Positions 9,119-18,227 of a stretch of DNA of 64,000 bases are shown one piece after another. The stretch is from positions 102,717 to 166,716 of IMG/VR virus record IMGVR_UViG_3300035698_018106. One strand, 5' to 3'. The DNA comes from a virus. The translations under genes were made by a program, and so were the position numbers. The notes beneath the pieces were generated by a model that saw only the letters and a list, made by a program, of their open reading frames with translations, did no database searches and was not told the origin of the DNA. Numbering within the stretch: the first letter of the stretch is position 1; each line of letters begins with the position of its first letter.

Positions 9119-10555
9119 TTAAATAGTAGCTTTTAATCTTCGTTCTTTAATTTTTTGCAATTCATCCATCTCAATATCTGCTCTTTGAGATGTCTTTTTA
9201 GCCACTTTTCGTTGAGCATAAAAGTTAGCTAATATTTCTGGTATTAATGGTTCAAATGACGCGTCAAAAACAGCTCCAGATGAACATTTTATTTGATTAT
9301 CATTAGTTTTATAAAGTTTATCTTTGGTTATAAAATTCTCTATAGATATCATAAATTGTCTCATGATAGAAGGATAAAGAGATGCAAAGTCAAAAGAAGC
9401 TACCCAACCATATAAACCAGGTACAGGCTCAAATACAAAAGCTCCTTCGAATTGTTCTCTTTGTTTCTTATCCCATATTTTCGGAAATACTTGTTTCCTT
9501 TTATATGCATATCTAGATAAAGTGGCTTCCAACATTTGTATAGGAGAAAATGCATTCATAGCTTCAACCTGAGTAATATTTCCAAGTCCTAAGAAGGTAC
9601 TCATGGTTTTCAACTTTTCGTCCATTAATTCAACAAGAACAGAATCAATAGCATTATAGAAAACATATAATTCATAATCTTTATTAAACAATTCTTGAAA
9701 TGTTCCACCATATTTAACTTTTCTAATTCCGGTAGCTGCTTCAGCCACAAAATCTAATGTATTATTTTCCTTTACATCAATTGTTCTATCCCATTTCATA
9801 TAAATGGACATATAATCAACAATTAATTTATGTTGAGGAAGCATGATAGTCTTTGTTTTACCTCTGTCTTTTATTCTGTGTTCATACCATTGTCCGGTGG
9901 GTGACATCCAAGATATATCCATTCCTAATCTTTTTGTACATCTATTATAAATATACAACCAATCATATCCCCAAAAATTCCACCCTGTTATAAGAGGTGC
10001 TGTTCTAGCATAATTATATAACCAATCATATAACATATCAGCTTCATTATCATATTGTTTATAAACAAATTTATATTGTCTATCGTATTTGTCAATATGT
10101 TTATTAATGCTTTTTTCTATTCTATCGCATTCTTCACCCGATAAAGGTTTTAAACCAAATACTATGATATCCGGATATCTAACCCATGATATTGAATTAA
10201 TTCTATTTTTTGCCTCATCAGCTCCTGGAAATCCTTCATCAGTAACATCTACTTCAATATCACAAGCATATAATTTAGGGAGATTACGTTCGAATAAATG
10301 TTTTGTGTTAGCTTCGCCTGCATCCATAAAAAATTCTTGAATTCTGTGTTTATCAAGAAATTGTGATGGTCTTTTTGAAACTGGTTTATTGTCCCATGAT
10401 TTAATACCAGGAACAGCTTTACTTTGTTGATTAGTATATGAATAAGAATATTGGTGGTTTGAGGGTATAGCTAATTGAGAAAAAGCTACTTCACCTTCTT
10501 TATTAATGTATGAGACGACCATACGTCCTTGTCTTTGTTCTATATTTATTACCAT
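9119..10555 (-). CDS. DNA polymerase, family B, T4 gp43-like: N-terminal fragment (3'-5' exonuclease domain through polymerase motif A) only
   Basis: 478 aa, collinear with T4 gp43 residues ~100-470. Matches: LYACDIEV (Exo I; T4 VANCDIEV), ITGWNFWGYDWLYIYNR (T4 FTGWNIEGFDVPYIMNR), FYNAIDSVLV (Exo II; T4 YNIIDVESV), FEGAFVFEP (T4 FPGAFVFEP) and SFDFASLYPSIMRQ (motif A; T4 SFDLTSLYPSIIRQ). The ORF stops before the KxxxNSxYG and YGDTDS motifs. The RNR start codon lies 42 nt downstream. Confidence 0.8.
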   Translation of the reverse strand: MVINIEQRQGRMVVSYINKEGEVAFSQLAIPSNHQYSYSYTNQQSKAVPGIKSWDNKPVSKRPSQFLDKHRIQEFFMDAGEANTKHLFERNLPKLYACDIEVDVTDEGFPGADEAKNRINSISWVRYPDIIVFGLKPLSGEECDRIEKSINKHIDKYDRQYKFVYKQYDNEADMLYDWLYNYARTAPLITGWNFWGYDWLYIYNRCTKRLGMDISWMSPTGQWYEHRIKDRGKTKTIMLPQHKLIVDYMSIYMKWDRTIDVKENNTLDFVAEAATGIRKVKYGGTFQELFNKDYELYVFYNAIDSVLVELMDEKLKTMSTFLGLGNITQVEAMNAFSPIQMLEATLSRYAYKRKQVFPKIWDKKQREQFEGAFVFEPVPGLYGWVASFDFASLYPSIMRQFMISIENFITKDKLYKTNDNQIKCSSGAVFDASFEPLIPEILANFYAQRKVAKKTSQRADIEMDELQKIKERRLKATI

Positions 10556-10640
10556 GTATCTTGTTTAAATATTATATTCTGATTTTGGAATAAAGTTTAC
10601 CTAATATATGTTAAAGATTATTAACGCTTTTCTGATAACA

Positions 10641-10678
10641 AAGGTTTAGTGATATATATCACTAAACCTTTTATTTAT
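10641..10678 (-). terminator. 30-bp perfect palindrome (hairpin) followed by a T-rich tract. It lies between the DUF4406 gene and the polymerase gene.
   Basis: AAGGTTTAGTGATATATATCACTAAACCTT at 10641-10670, followed by TTATTTAT. It could be a terminator or a regulatory RNA hairpin upstream of the polymerase. Confidence 0.4.
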
Positions 10679-10697
10679 AATAATCTCATTATTAATA

Positions 10698-11084
10698 TTA
10701 TAAGTCTATCAAAGCCTGATAACCATTGCATTTAAAATGATCATTTAGATCTTCTATTGAATGAAAAATAGGTATACTATGTTCTCTTGCAACTGCTTCT
10801 TCTCGATCTGCTCCTGAACTAGGTATTTCTTTTCCTTTTTCATCTACTGGATGAATTCGTAACAAAGCATTACATGTTTTCACAAAACAAAAATCTAATG
10901 TTAATAATTCTTCTTCAGAAATAGTAGGATCAAATATAGATTGGAAATGAGATAATAAAGGGGTGTATGGAAAATATCCTAACTTCATTAGTTTTGAAGC
11001 TGTTTGAATTTGAATATTAACCATATGTGGTATCCATCCTTTAGTATATGGACTAGCTATATAAACCTTTATTTCTTTTTTCAT
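10698..11084 (-). CDS. DUF4406 / nucleoside 2-deoxyribosyltransferase-fold protein (Rcl/DNPH1-like)
   Basis: 128 aa. N-terminal KVYIASPYTKG resembles the KIYIAGPMTG signature. The C-terminal ...GADREEAVAREHSIPIF resembles the conserved ...G..IE...A...G.PV end of the family. Confidence 0.45.
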   Translation of the reverse strand: MKKEIKVYIASPYTKGWIPHMVNIQIQTASKLMKLGYFPYTPLLSHFQSIFDPTISEEELLTLDFCFVKTCNALLRIHPVDEKGKEIPSSGADREEAVAREHSIPIFHSIEDLNDHFKCNGYQALIDL

Positions 11085-11317
11085 GAATTTAATTTTCCGT
11101 GTTCTTTCTTTATATCGTTAGCTGTTTTAATAGATATAATATCTAAGTCTGTTAATGTTGATATTGCTAACATATAAGCACCATCATTAGTTATTTCGCT
11201 TTGATTGGTTTTATAATTTAAAACAGTATCAACCATATGTTGTAAAGCATTACTAGAAATACTATCTTTTTCATGAGTTTGTTCTAATTCTGCTAATTTT
11301 TTAAAATTCAGTTTCAT
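11081..11317 (-). CDS. hypothetical protein
   Basis: 78-aa ORF overlapping the downstream gene by 4 nt (translational coupling pattern). Confidence 0.4.
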   Translation of the reverse strand: MKLNFKKLAELEQTHEKDSISSNALQHMVDTVLNYKTNQSEITNDGAYMLAISTLTDLDIISIKTANDIKKEHGKLNS

Positions 11318-11325
11318 ATCTTGTA

Positions 11326-12015
11326 TTATTTGTTATTTGTACTTCCAAAACCACCTTCGCCTCTATCATCTTGTAAACCTTTAAAGAAGGTTTTCTCAGC
11401 TTGGGGTTTATCTTTAATATCGAATATTTCAACAGGAGAAGTAAAAACTGGAGTTTCTATAAATTGGATAATTTTCATATTCTCATAAATGCGAACATTT
11501 TTAGTAGATGTATTAATAACACTTATATGAATTTCTCCTTTATATGTATAATCGACTACTGCCGCTCCGAAAATTAATCCTAATTTTGTTGCAACACCTG
11601 ATTTATTATTTACAATTAAAGCTCTCCCAGGGGAAGCCATTCTAGATTTTATACCTCCTGGAATCATAGCTCTACTATGTGGTGCTAATAGAAAATAATT
11701 TTCTCCTTTTTCATCATCGTATTTTATAATAGAATCATTATCATCATTTAAATCATAAACAATAGAAGCTCTTGTATCATTGGGATTTGATAATGTTCCG
11801 GATGCTATACACACTCTTGCATTTATTTCTAAATAATCAGGATTAACACATTCCCCAAAAATCAAAGGATTTATTTCTTTAATGTCTTTAATAAATTTTT
11901 TATCAAATTTAGGTACAAAAAAATCTATTCCGGCATCATATTCAAATGCTCTCTTTGGTGATATAACATCTCTTATTTTTAAGAACTTAATTGTTTCGTT
12001 AATTGGTTTACTCAT
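11326..12015 (-). CDS. dut: dUTP diphosphatase (trimeric dUTPase)
   Basis: 229 aa. Motif 3-like GAAVVDYTYKGEI and C-terminal motif 5 RGEGGFGSTN (the RGxxGFGSTG pattern). Confidence 0.75.
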   Translation of the reverse strand: MSKPINETIKFLKIRDVISPKRAFEYDAGIDFFVPKFDKKFIKDIKEINPLIFGECVNPDYLEINARVCIASGTLSNPNDTRASIVYDLNDDNDSIIKYDDEKGENYFLLAPHSRAMIPGGIKSRMASPGRALIVNNKSGVATKLGLIFGAAVVDYTYKGEIHISVINTSTKNVRIYENMKIIQFIETPVFTSPVEIFDIKDKPQAEKTFFKGLQDDRGEGGFGSTNNK

Positions 12016-12080
12016 AATATTTTATATGTTTGTTTTATTTTTATATAAAATTTAAACACATAAGTTTTAAAAAATCAATA

Positions 12081-13040
12081 TTATTTATCATGTTTTAAAT
12101 AAGGAGTAATAGAATTGGAAATTAAACGAGTTTTATATGATTCAGTTACATTTTCTTTAGAAGTTAAAGTGGCTCTAGGAAGTTGTTTTCCTTCAGCATA
12201 TATAGTTAATATCTGATCTCCTTTAGAATATTTTCTTATAGTATTGTCTGGATTTTTACCATATTTTTCCCAACCACTTTTTTCTATTTTTTCTAATACA
12301 TTTGGAATAGTATCTGTTATAAATACTCTATCAATTCCTGATTTTCCTGGTTTAAATTCATATGATATACCTAAACCATCTAGGGCATCTTTAGCTTTTA
12401 CATCTTTTAATGCTATATCATCTCTTAAAGACGTTTCATTAACTGTATCAGATTTCTTCTTTTTTATTGAAGTTAATGGGTGATCAGGTACGTGTTTAGA
12501 TGCCTTTTGGTAATCATCTAGAGTTTCTATATTAAATGATTCATTTTTATTTTTGAAATCTTGTAATATCGTATTTGTTTTAGAATCCTTTTTCTTGAAT
12601 GGAGGTTTTACACCCATTTTTTTAGCCATCATATTTCCGATTTTATCATATGGATTTATATTATTTTCGTTAGTTTGTGTTCCTATAGAAGCATCACTCC
12701 AACTATCTCCTGAACCAGAAGGTCCATCTGTATTTAATCCAGCTGATGCAGCAGGTACTGCACTTCCCATTCCTGGTGTATTAACAGTAGTTGCCATTGG
12801 AGCAGATACGCCACCAACATCTTCATTCACAGTCCCCATCAATTCATCATCAGATAAATTTATTAATAATCCATCCCATTTTTTTATAGCCATTTCTTTT
12901 GTTTTAGAAGGAGGCCCTTCTGCATGACATATTGAACATGTTATTGCATAACTAGCTTTTTCACCACTTGGCATTTCAGCATCTTTTCCTAGAGAAAATA
13001 CCCAAGTTTCATTTGAATTACAAAAAGGACATTGTTTCAT
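12081..13040 (-). CDS. Lar-like (restriction-alleviation family) Zn-ribbon domain protein with a disordered linker and a C-terminal domain of unknown function
   Basis: 319 aa. N-terminal MKQCPFCNS...CSICHAEGP...EMAIKKWDGL matches the CPFCG...C..C...GP....A...WN pattern of the Lar family. The Gly/Ser/Thr-rich segment is low-complexity. Confidence 0.5.
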   Translation of the reverse strand: MKQCPFCNSNETWVFSLGKDAEMPSGEKASYAITCSICHAEGPPSKTKEMAIKKWDGLLINLSDDELMGTVNEDVGGVSAPMATTVNTPGMGSAVPAASAGLNTDGPSGSGDSWSDASIGTQTNENNINPYDKIGNMMAKKMGVKPPFKKKDSKTNTILQDFKNKNESFNIETLDDYQKASKHVPDHPLTSIKKKKSDTVNETSLRDDIALKDVKAKDALDGLGISYEFKPGKSGIDRVFITDTIPNVLEKIEKSGWEKYGKNPDNTIRKYSKGDQILTIYAEGKQLPRATLTSKENVTESYKTRLISNSITPYLKHDK

Positions 13041-13043
13041 AAA

Positions 13044-13583
13044 TTATTCTATTAATTTTGTTAAAACACCTGATATTTTAGATGCCAAATTTATTGTTTT
13101 TTTATTATCATCATAAAAATATATAGTATCATATTGTTGTGATAATTCTATTAATTCTTTTTCTTTCTCTATAGAAACATCAGTAACTTTATCTTTAATA
13201 CCAACAGTTATAATATTATTCATTGGAATATTAACATTATTTCGTTTAATAAAGGTATAAATAGCCATTTGTGCTTCTTTATTTCTTCCTGTTAGTATAT
13301 ATATTTCTGCATCAGTTCTTATAGATTTCTTATCCATATCTATTTTTTTAAGAAGTGGCCACATTTTATATTTATCTGCTTTTAAAGTAATCCGTGGATC
13401 ATCAAAATCGCTAGTGTCTATAATTTCTCCATCGCTTAGTTCAAATTTATTAAATTCGTCTGGAGTTAAAGATTTAATTTTCTTATTATTTTTATATATA
13501 TGGATTTTCGCTTTAGATTTAACTAATGTTTCATCAAAATCAAATATATAAGCTATTGTCTGAGGTACTATTCTTGCTCGCAT
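13044..13583 (-). CDS. HAD-superfamily phosphatase
   Basis: 179 aa. N-terminal IFDFDETLV is the HAD motif I (DxDxT). Confidence 0.55.
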   Translation of the reverse strand: MRARIVPQTIAYIFDFDETLVKSKAKIHIYKNNKKIKSLTPDEFNKFELSDGEIIDTSDFDDPRITLKADKYKMWPLLKKIDMDKKSIRTDAEIYILTGRNKEAQMAIYTFIKRNNVNIPMNNIITVGIKDKVTDVSIEKEKELIELSQQYDTIYFYDDNKKTINLASKISGVLTKLIE

Positions 13584-13618
13584 AAAAATTAATTATATAA
13601 TTTATTTATTCATAAAAA

Positions 13619-13643
13619 AGGAGACCCTGAGATCTCCTTTTTA
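13619..13643 (-). terminator. rho-independent terminator downstream of the acidic-repeat gene
   Basis: AGGAGA-CCCTGAGA-TCTCCT hairpin with an A-run on one side and a TTTTT run on the other. Confidence 0.5.
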
Positions 13644-13665
13644 TATTATGTAAGTGTTTTTATTT

Positions 13666-15201
13666 TTATGCGAAAGGATTCACGCCTTTTTTGCCTGGTT
13701 CTGGTTTTGAATCTTTATCATCAGAATCTTTATCCTCATCGTCATCATCAGAATCTTTATCGTCATCATCAGAATCTTTATCGTCATCATCAGAATCTAT
13801 ACCAGGTTCGTTTGATTCTTCGCCAGTATCTTCTAAACCAGCAAAATCAATTGTATCTTCTACTCCTTCAGCGCCTTCTACTTCAATTTCTCCACCAAAC
13901 ATGTCTTCAATATCAACACCTTTACCTTCTAACCAACTTTTAAGTACTTCCCAATTTTCAGCATTAACTTTTATTTGTTTACCATCTGCGATTGGCTCTT
14001 CATCATCTATTGCAATATCTTCTCCTTCTCCTTCTCCTTTAGCAGGAACTTCATCTATAACTTCTTCTTCACCTGGTATTTCAGTAGATACTTCTTCATC
14101 ATCTTCCCCAAATGTTTCTAAATCACCCATACTAAATTCATCATCTTCATCATCTTCAGTAAGATTAGGTATCATAGCTTTTTCTTCTTTTTCCATACCT
14201 GTAACAGATTCTTCAATTTCTGGAAGGTCACTTGTTTCGCTAGCATCTTCAGTTTCGCCATCAATGCCCCCATCAAGATTTAAATCAAAATCATCTATAT
14301 CATCTCCACCTTCTTCTCCATCAATAGGTGCTAAAACATCAAGTCCTCCACCTTCTTCGCCATCAATAGGTGCTAAATCATCTGATTGATCTATTACTTC
14401 TTCAGCTTCAACACCTAATTCAGTTAATTCACTTATAGCTTCCTCTATATCATCAACAGTTATAATAAATTCGGTTATCTCCACTCTATCATCCGAATCT
14501 GCATCCGTATCTAGATCAGTATCTAGATCTTTATCATCATCGTCATCAGAATCTTTATCATCGTCATCAGAATCTTTATCATCGTCGTCAGAATCTTTAT
14601 CATCGTCATCAGTATCTACATCAGTATCTACATCAGTATCTACATCAGTATCTACATCAGTATCTACATCAGAATCTTTATCATCGTCATCTTTATCTTC
14701 TTCATTTAGCTTAGTTAAACGTTTAGCTTTTATTTGTTCAACTAAAGCTCTGATACGAGCTTCTCTTTGCTCTTCTTCATTAAGTTGACTTTCTGATTTT
14801 TCCTTTTTTTGTATTACGGATTTAACTTCTTTTTCTTCATGAAGTTTTCCTTCTTCAATTCTAGCAGTTCTTTCTAATAATCGTTGTCCTAATTTAGATA
14901 ATTTATAAGACACTAAACCATTTTTATTTTCAACCATAAAGAAATTAGCATTTCTTTTTAGCCACATGTTAGCTGCAGCATTAGGATTTTTAGAAGTTTC
15001 ATTTAAACCAGCTATAAATCTCTTAAGACTACCTCTTGTAACTTTTTTACTTTCAGATACAAAGTTTAAAACTTGATCTCTTAAAGGAGCTCTAGATCCA
15101 ACAACTACAGGTTGTTTATTCCCATATTTTCTTGTTAAAGTAATAGCTTTATTCTCGTTAAGATACTGACCTAAACTTGTCTGTACATACATTTTTTTCA
15201 T
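13666..15201 (-). CDS. hyper-acidic tandem-repeat protein. It has an N-terminal basic domain followed by ~370 aa of D/E-rich repeats (DTDV x5, DDDDKDS x7).
   Basis: 511 aa. The N-terminal ~140 aa are basic (K/R-rich). The remainder is dominated by Asp/Glu, with repeat blocks at both ends encoded by exact DNA tandem repeats. Confidence 0.6.
   Translation of the reverse strand: MKKMYVQTSLGQYLNENKAITLTRKYGNKQPVVVGSRAPLRDQVLNFVSESKKVTRGSLKRFIAGLNETSKNPNAAANMWLKRNANFFMVENKNGLVSYKLSKLGQRLLERTARIEEGKLHEEKEVKSVIQKKEKSESQLNEEEQREARIRALVEQIKAKRLTKLNEEDKDDDDKDSDVDTDVDTDVDTDVDTDVDTDDDDKDSDDDDKDSDDDDKDSDDDDDKDLDTDLDTDADSDDRVEITEFIITVDDIEEAISELTELGVEAEEVIDQSDDLAPIDGEEGGGLDVLAPIDGEEGGDDIDDFDLNLDGGIDGETEDASETSDLPEIEESVTGMEKEEKAMIPNLTEDDEDDEFSMGDLETFGEDDEEVSTEIPGEEEVIDEVPAKGEGEGEDIAIDDEEPIADGKQIKVNAENWEVLKSWLEGKGVDIEDMFGGEIEVEGAEGVEDTIDFAGLEDTGEESNEPGIDSDDDDKDSDDDDKDSDDDDEDKDSDDKDSKPEPGKKGVNPFA
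13739..13801. repeat. 21-bp tandem repeat x3 (unit cgtcatcatcagaatctttat) inside the acidic-protein CDS
   Basis: Direct reading. Encodes DKDSDDD repeats. Confidence 0.8.
14531..14607. repeat. 21-bp tandem repeat x~3.5 (unit catcgtcatcagaatctttat). A second array of the same family lies in the same CDS.
   Basis: Direct reading. Confidence 0.8.
14611..14670. repeat. 12-bp perfect tandem repeat x5 (agtatctacatc) encoding (DTDV)5
   Basis: Direct reading. Confidence 0.9.
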
Positions 15202-15281
15202 ATTGTTAACATTAATTTTATAATTTAATTTATATATTCATTTAAGTATTAATACTTTTGATAGTAAAGTGTAACATTGAT

Positions 15282-16349
15282 TTAACTTGATGCGATTGAA
15301 TTACTTGGCCATGATTCTTCCATATCATCTTCAATAAACTCATTATAATTTAATTTATCAATAATTTCTACCTTATTATAAGTCTTTCCTAAAAATTTAA
15401 TGATATCCATTTCATCATATTCAGGATCATATGAAATTTTCTCAAATGTATCAGAATTTCCTTTTTTTACATGACCAAACCATTCACCATCAGGAGATAC
15501 TTTATAAATTTTTCCTATAAAATTATTTTTACCATCATCTATCTTTACATAAAAAACATAATCATTTTCTATATAATTGTTCTCATCTCTTTTTTCTTGA
15601 CCAACTAATTCAACATATGCTTCAGATAAATCATAAAAACTATCTGTTGCCATAGGATTAGTAACATCTATATTAATTTTTTCGTTTTTAGCTTCTTGAA
15701 TTCTTTTACATATAGAAGTTAGCTCTTCTTTAGATCCATTAATTTTCAAATAAGCATACTCATCATATAGTTCTTCTAATAAACTTGGATTATTATCTGA
15801 TATTAAAATTGATTCATTTGGAGGGGGTATAACAGAAGATTGGTCAGTTCCAGGTTGTGGTTGCGTTTTGGCTTGTTGAGCTAATGTTTCAGCCTCTTTT
15901 TGTTGTTGAGCTACTCCTGCTTTTTGTTCTATTTCTGCCATAGCTTTCTGAATAGGAATTTTAGCATTTTGTATATCGGCAACTTGTTTTTGTAAAGCAT
16001 TTATTTGCGTATCTTTATCAAGAAGTTGTTTTTGCCCACTAGCGTATTGTTGCATTAAAGCTGGATCTGTTATGGCTACATCTTCATTTATTTTTTTCAT
16101 ATCGTTTAATTCTTTTAATTCTTTTAATAGTTCTTGGAGTTGGTCTTGGTCTCTCCAATCATGACCCTTTCTATTATCATGATTAAAGTCTTTAATTAAT
16201 TGATCAGCCTTAGATGAATCAATTTTAATTTCCTCTAAACCATCCGGACCTGATATATCATACTTTTTATAATAATGGTCAGCAAAAGACGTCAATTGAT
16301 CAGGATTTAAGTCATTTTTATGTGCTAAATCTATTATTTTTATTTTCAT
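15282..16349 (-). CDS. hypothetical protein with a central Gln-rich coiled coil
   Basis: 355-aa ORF, 1 nt from the downstream gene. No motif recognised. Confidence 0.45.
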   Translation of the reverse strand: MKIKIIDLAHKNDLNPDQLTSFADHYYKKYDISGPDGLEEIKIDSSKADQLIKDFNHDNRKGHDWRDQDQLQELLKELKELNDMKKINEDVAITDPALMQQYASGQKQLLDKDTQINALQKQVADIQNAKIPIQKAMAEIEQKAGVAQQQKEAETLAQQAKTQPQPGTDQSSVIPPPNESILISDNNPSLLEELYDEYAYLKINGSKEELTSICKRIQEAKNEKINIDVTNPMATDSFYDLSEAYVELVGQEKRDENNYIENDYVFYVKIDDGKNNFIGKIYKVSPDGEWFGHVKKGNSDTFEKISYDPEYDEMDIIKFLGKTYNKVEIIDKLNYNEFIEDDMEESWPSNSIASS

Positions 16350-16350
16350 A

Positions 16351-18186
16351 TTATGATATTATTTTTCGTTCAGTTTCTGGTAAATTACTAGGTTCAAATT
16401 GAGTAATTATAGAACCTTCCCATGTTCTATATTCATTTATAATACTATCATAAAAATTATGAATTGCTTTCGGCGTTATTTCCATAAATAATGAACCATT
16501 TCCATCTTCAATTGCTCTATATGCTGGTAATTTATCTTTATTATCCATAGCGCCAATATTAAATTCAGATAAAACATTAAGTTTACCTCCCATAATTTCT
16601 TCTTCAAAAAATAATTGCAAAGACATATCCGATTCTTTACCCTTATCTGTAAAGAATATTAATGGTTCGTAATGTGGTCTAACAAATTCAAATATTTCTT
16701 TAAGACTCCATGATTCTAACATCATAAAAGAAGGAATAAGCGATTTATTAAAGTTAGATAAAGATCTCATTTGAGCTTTTATTGCTTCATTACTTAAATG
16801 AAAATCTGATCCTTTGAGATCTTTTTCTCCACTAACTGCAGCTATTATAACTGGAACATTCCATTGATTATGTATTTGTTCTATATTTGTCATTTGAGCA
16901 CTAGTGAATGGTGTAAATTCAGTAAGATATATAGCTACTCTATCTTCACCTTGAGGTACTTCTCTAGGATTTGGTACAAAAGCATTTTGAATAGAAGAAA
17001 TAACTCTCATATTATCGATATCATTAGGTTGACGTCTTTTAAGAGTTTTAACTGTAATATTATCAGATCTTCTTTCATTTATAGATTCATTTATAAAATC
17101 TATTGAATTACGCTCTTCATTTGTTAAATCAGATATTCTATCTACAAAATTATTAAATTTAGTAACTATAGATTCTGATAATAATCCATATGGTTTTTTA
17201 TATTTTCTAAATGATGAAAGTATTACTCTATATAATGCTTCATAAATAGGATCTTCATTAATTAAATTAAGTGCTTTTTCATTTTTAATGAATTTTTTAT
17301 TTAATTTGCCAATATTATTATATTGAGGTGAAGTTAAATATTTTGGTTCTAATCCTTCTGCTATTTGTTCTGTTTTACAGTATTCTACAAATATATCACT
17401 AACTATTTCAATATACATTTCTGAAAGAGTTTCGGATTGTATATTCGGGAAAGAATAATCATTGACAAATTCAGTTAAACTTAATAATACGATATCATAA
17501 AAATCTCTAGAAGAATGTTGTTTTTGATAAGCTTCATTTAATAGTTTGAATTCATAAGAAAGTACTTGTAATAAAGATTTTTTAGATTTAATAACTATAC
17601 CTTCTATAATATCTTCTCCTGAATATGATAATCCGAAAGTTTTAGAAACTAATTCACTTAATGTATCATATTTACAATCATCATAACTTTGAGTATCATA
17701 ATCAATTAAACATTGTTTTTGTTCTTCATTTAATTTCCCTTCAAATAAAACTGGTGGTCTACCCATGCAAAGTATTCCAGCCCATTCATTTATTTCATTA
17801 TAATTATAAGATTCTATTATCTTTCCATTTTCTCTTTTAGTAATATCTGTTAACACATATTTGGGTAAGTTTGTATATGGTATTCTATGAGGTCGTTCAA
17901 TAGGAGTATATGCAATTCCAAATCTTATACCTTCTGGAATAAATGTATCATCTATTATAATAGGTATTTCTATTAAGGCGGATTCCCATATATCATTTAA
18001 TGTTCTTTCAACTAATGTTATTTCAGAATTATCTTTTTTAAAGAAAATAATTTCTCCATCTACTTTTTCAAAGAGGATTCTAAATGTATCTAGTTTTTCG
18101 GATATAACTATCTCATCATTTAGTACTTTGTCAACGTAGTTTCGTCCTTTTTTTTCTAAGACCTGACTAATCGTATTTAATCCCAT
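16351..18186 (-). CDS. Rnl1-like RNA ligase nucleotidyltransferase domain (N-terminal) followed by additional domains, including a degenerate cytidylyltransferase-like segment
   Basis: 611 aa. ILFEKVDGEI is a motif I (KxDG) candidate at ~residue 41. EDIIEGIVIKSKKS at ~195 matches Rnl1 motifs IV and V (T4 Rnl1 [20 protein letters not shown]). The C-terminal RVAIYLTEFTPFTSAQM...NVPVIIAAVSGEKD aligns with the N-terminus of the 621-aa paralogue (IIIMIPGGFKPTTGAHL...NVKEVKVIVGPKERD). Confidence 0.45.
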   Translation of the reverse strand: MGLNTISQVLEKKGRNYVDKVLNDEIVISEKLDTFRILFEKVDGEIIFFKKDNSEITLVERTLNDIWESALIEIPIIIDDTFIPEGIRFGIAYTPIERPHRIPYTNLPKYVLTDITKRENGKIIESYNYNEINEWAGILCMGRPPVLFEGKLNEEQKQCLIDYDTQSYDDCKYDTLSELVSKTFGLSYSGEDIIEGIVIKSKKSLLQVLSYEFKLLNEAYQKQHSSRDFYDIVLLSLTEFVNDYSFPNIQSETLSEMYIEIVSDIFVEYCKTEQIAEGLEPKYLTSPQYNNIGKLNKKFIKNEKALNLINEDPIYEALYRVILSSFRKYKKPYGLLSESIVTKFNNFVDRISDLTNEERNSIDFINESINERRSDNITVKTLKRRQPNDIDNMRVISSIQNAFVPNPREVPQGEDRVAIYLTEFTPFTSAQMTNIEQIHNQWNVPVIIAAVSGEKDLKGSDFHLSNEAIKAQMRSLSNFNKSLIPSFMMLESWSLKEIFEFVRPHYEPLIFFTDKGKESDMSLQLFFEEEIMGGKLNVLSEFNIGAMDNKDKLPAYRAIEDGNGSLFMEITPKAIHNFYDSIINEYRTWEGSIITQFEPSNLPETERKIIS

Positions 18187-18227
18187 GTTTTTATAATATT
18201 TGTTTATTTTATTTATTCAATAAAAAA

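Noticed and set aside
13691-14389. 232-aa Ser-rich plus-strand ORF, and the 91-aa ORF at 13668-13943, antisense to the acidic-repeat gene
   Set aside because: These are artefacts of the low-complexity GAT/GAA-rich repeats read on the opposite strand (they give Ser/Leu runs). They lie entirely inside a much longer, repeat-encoded ORF in a uniformly minus-strand operon.
14611-14670. Possibility that the regular 12-bp and 21-bp repeats are a CRISPR-like or satellite array
   Set aside because: The repeats are contiguous with no spacers, are in-frame within a long ORF, and encode regular acidic peptide repeats. They are coding tandem repeats.
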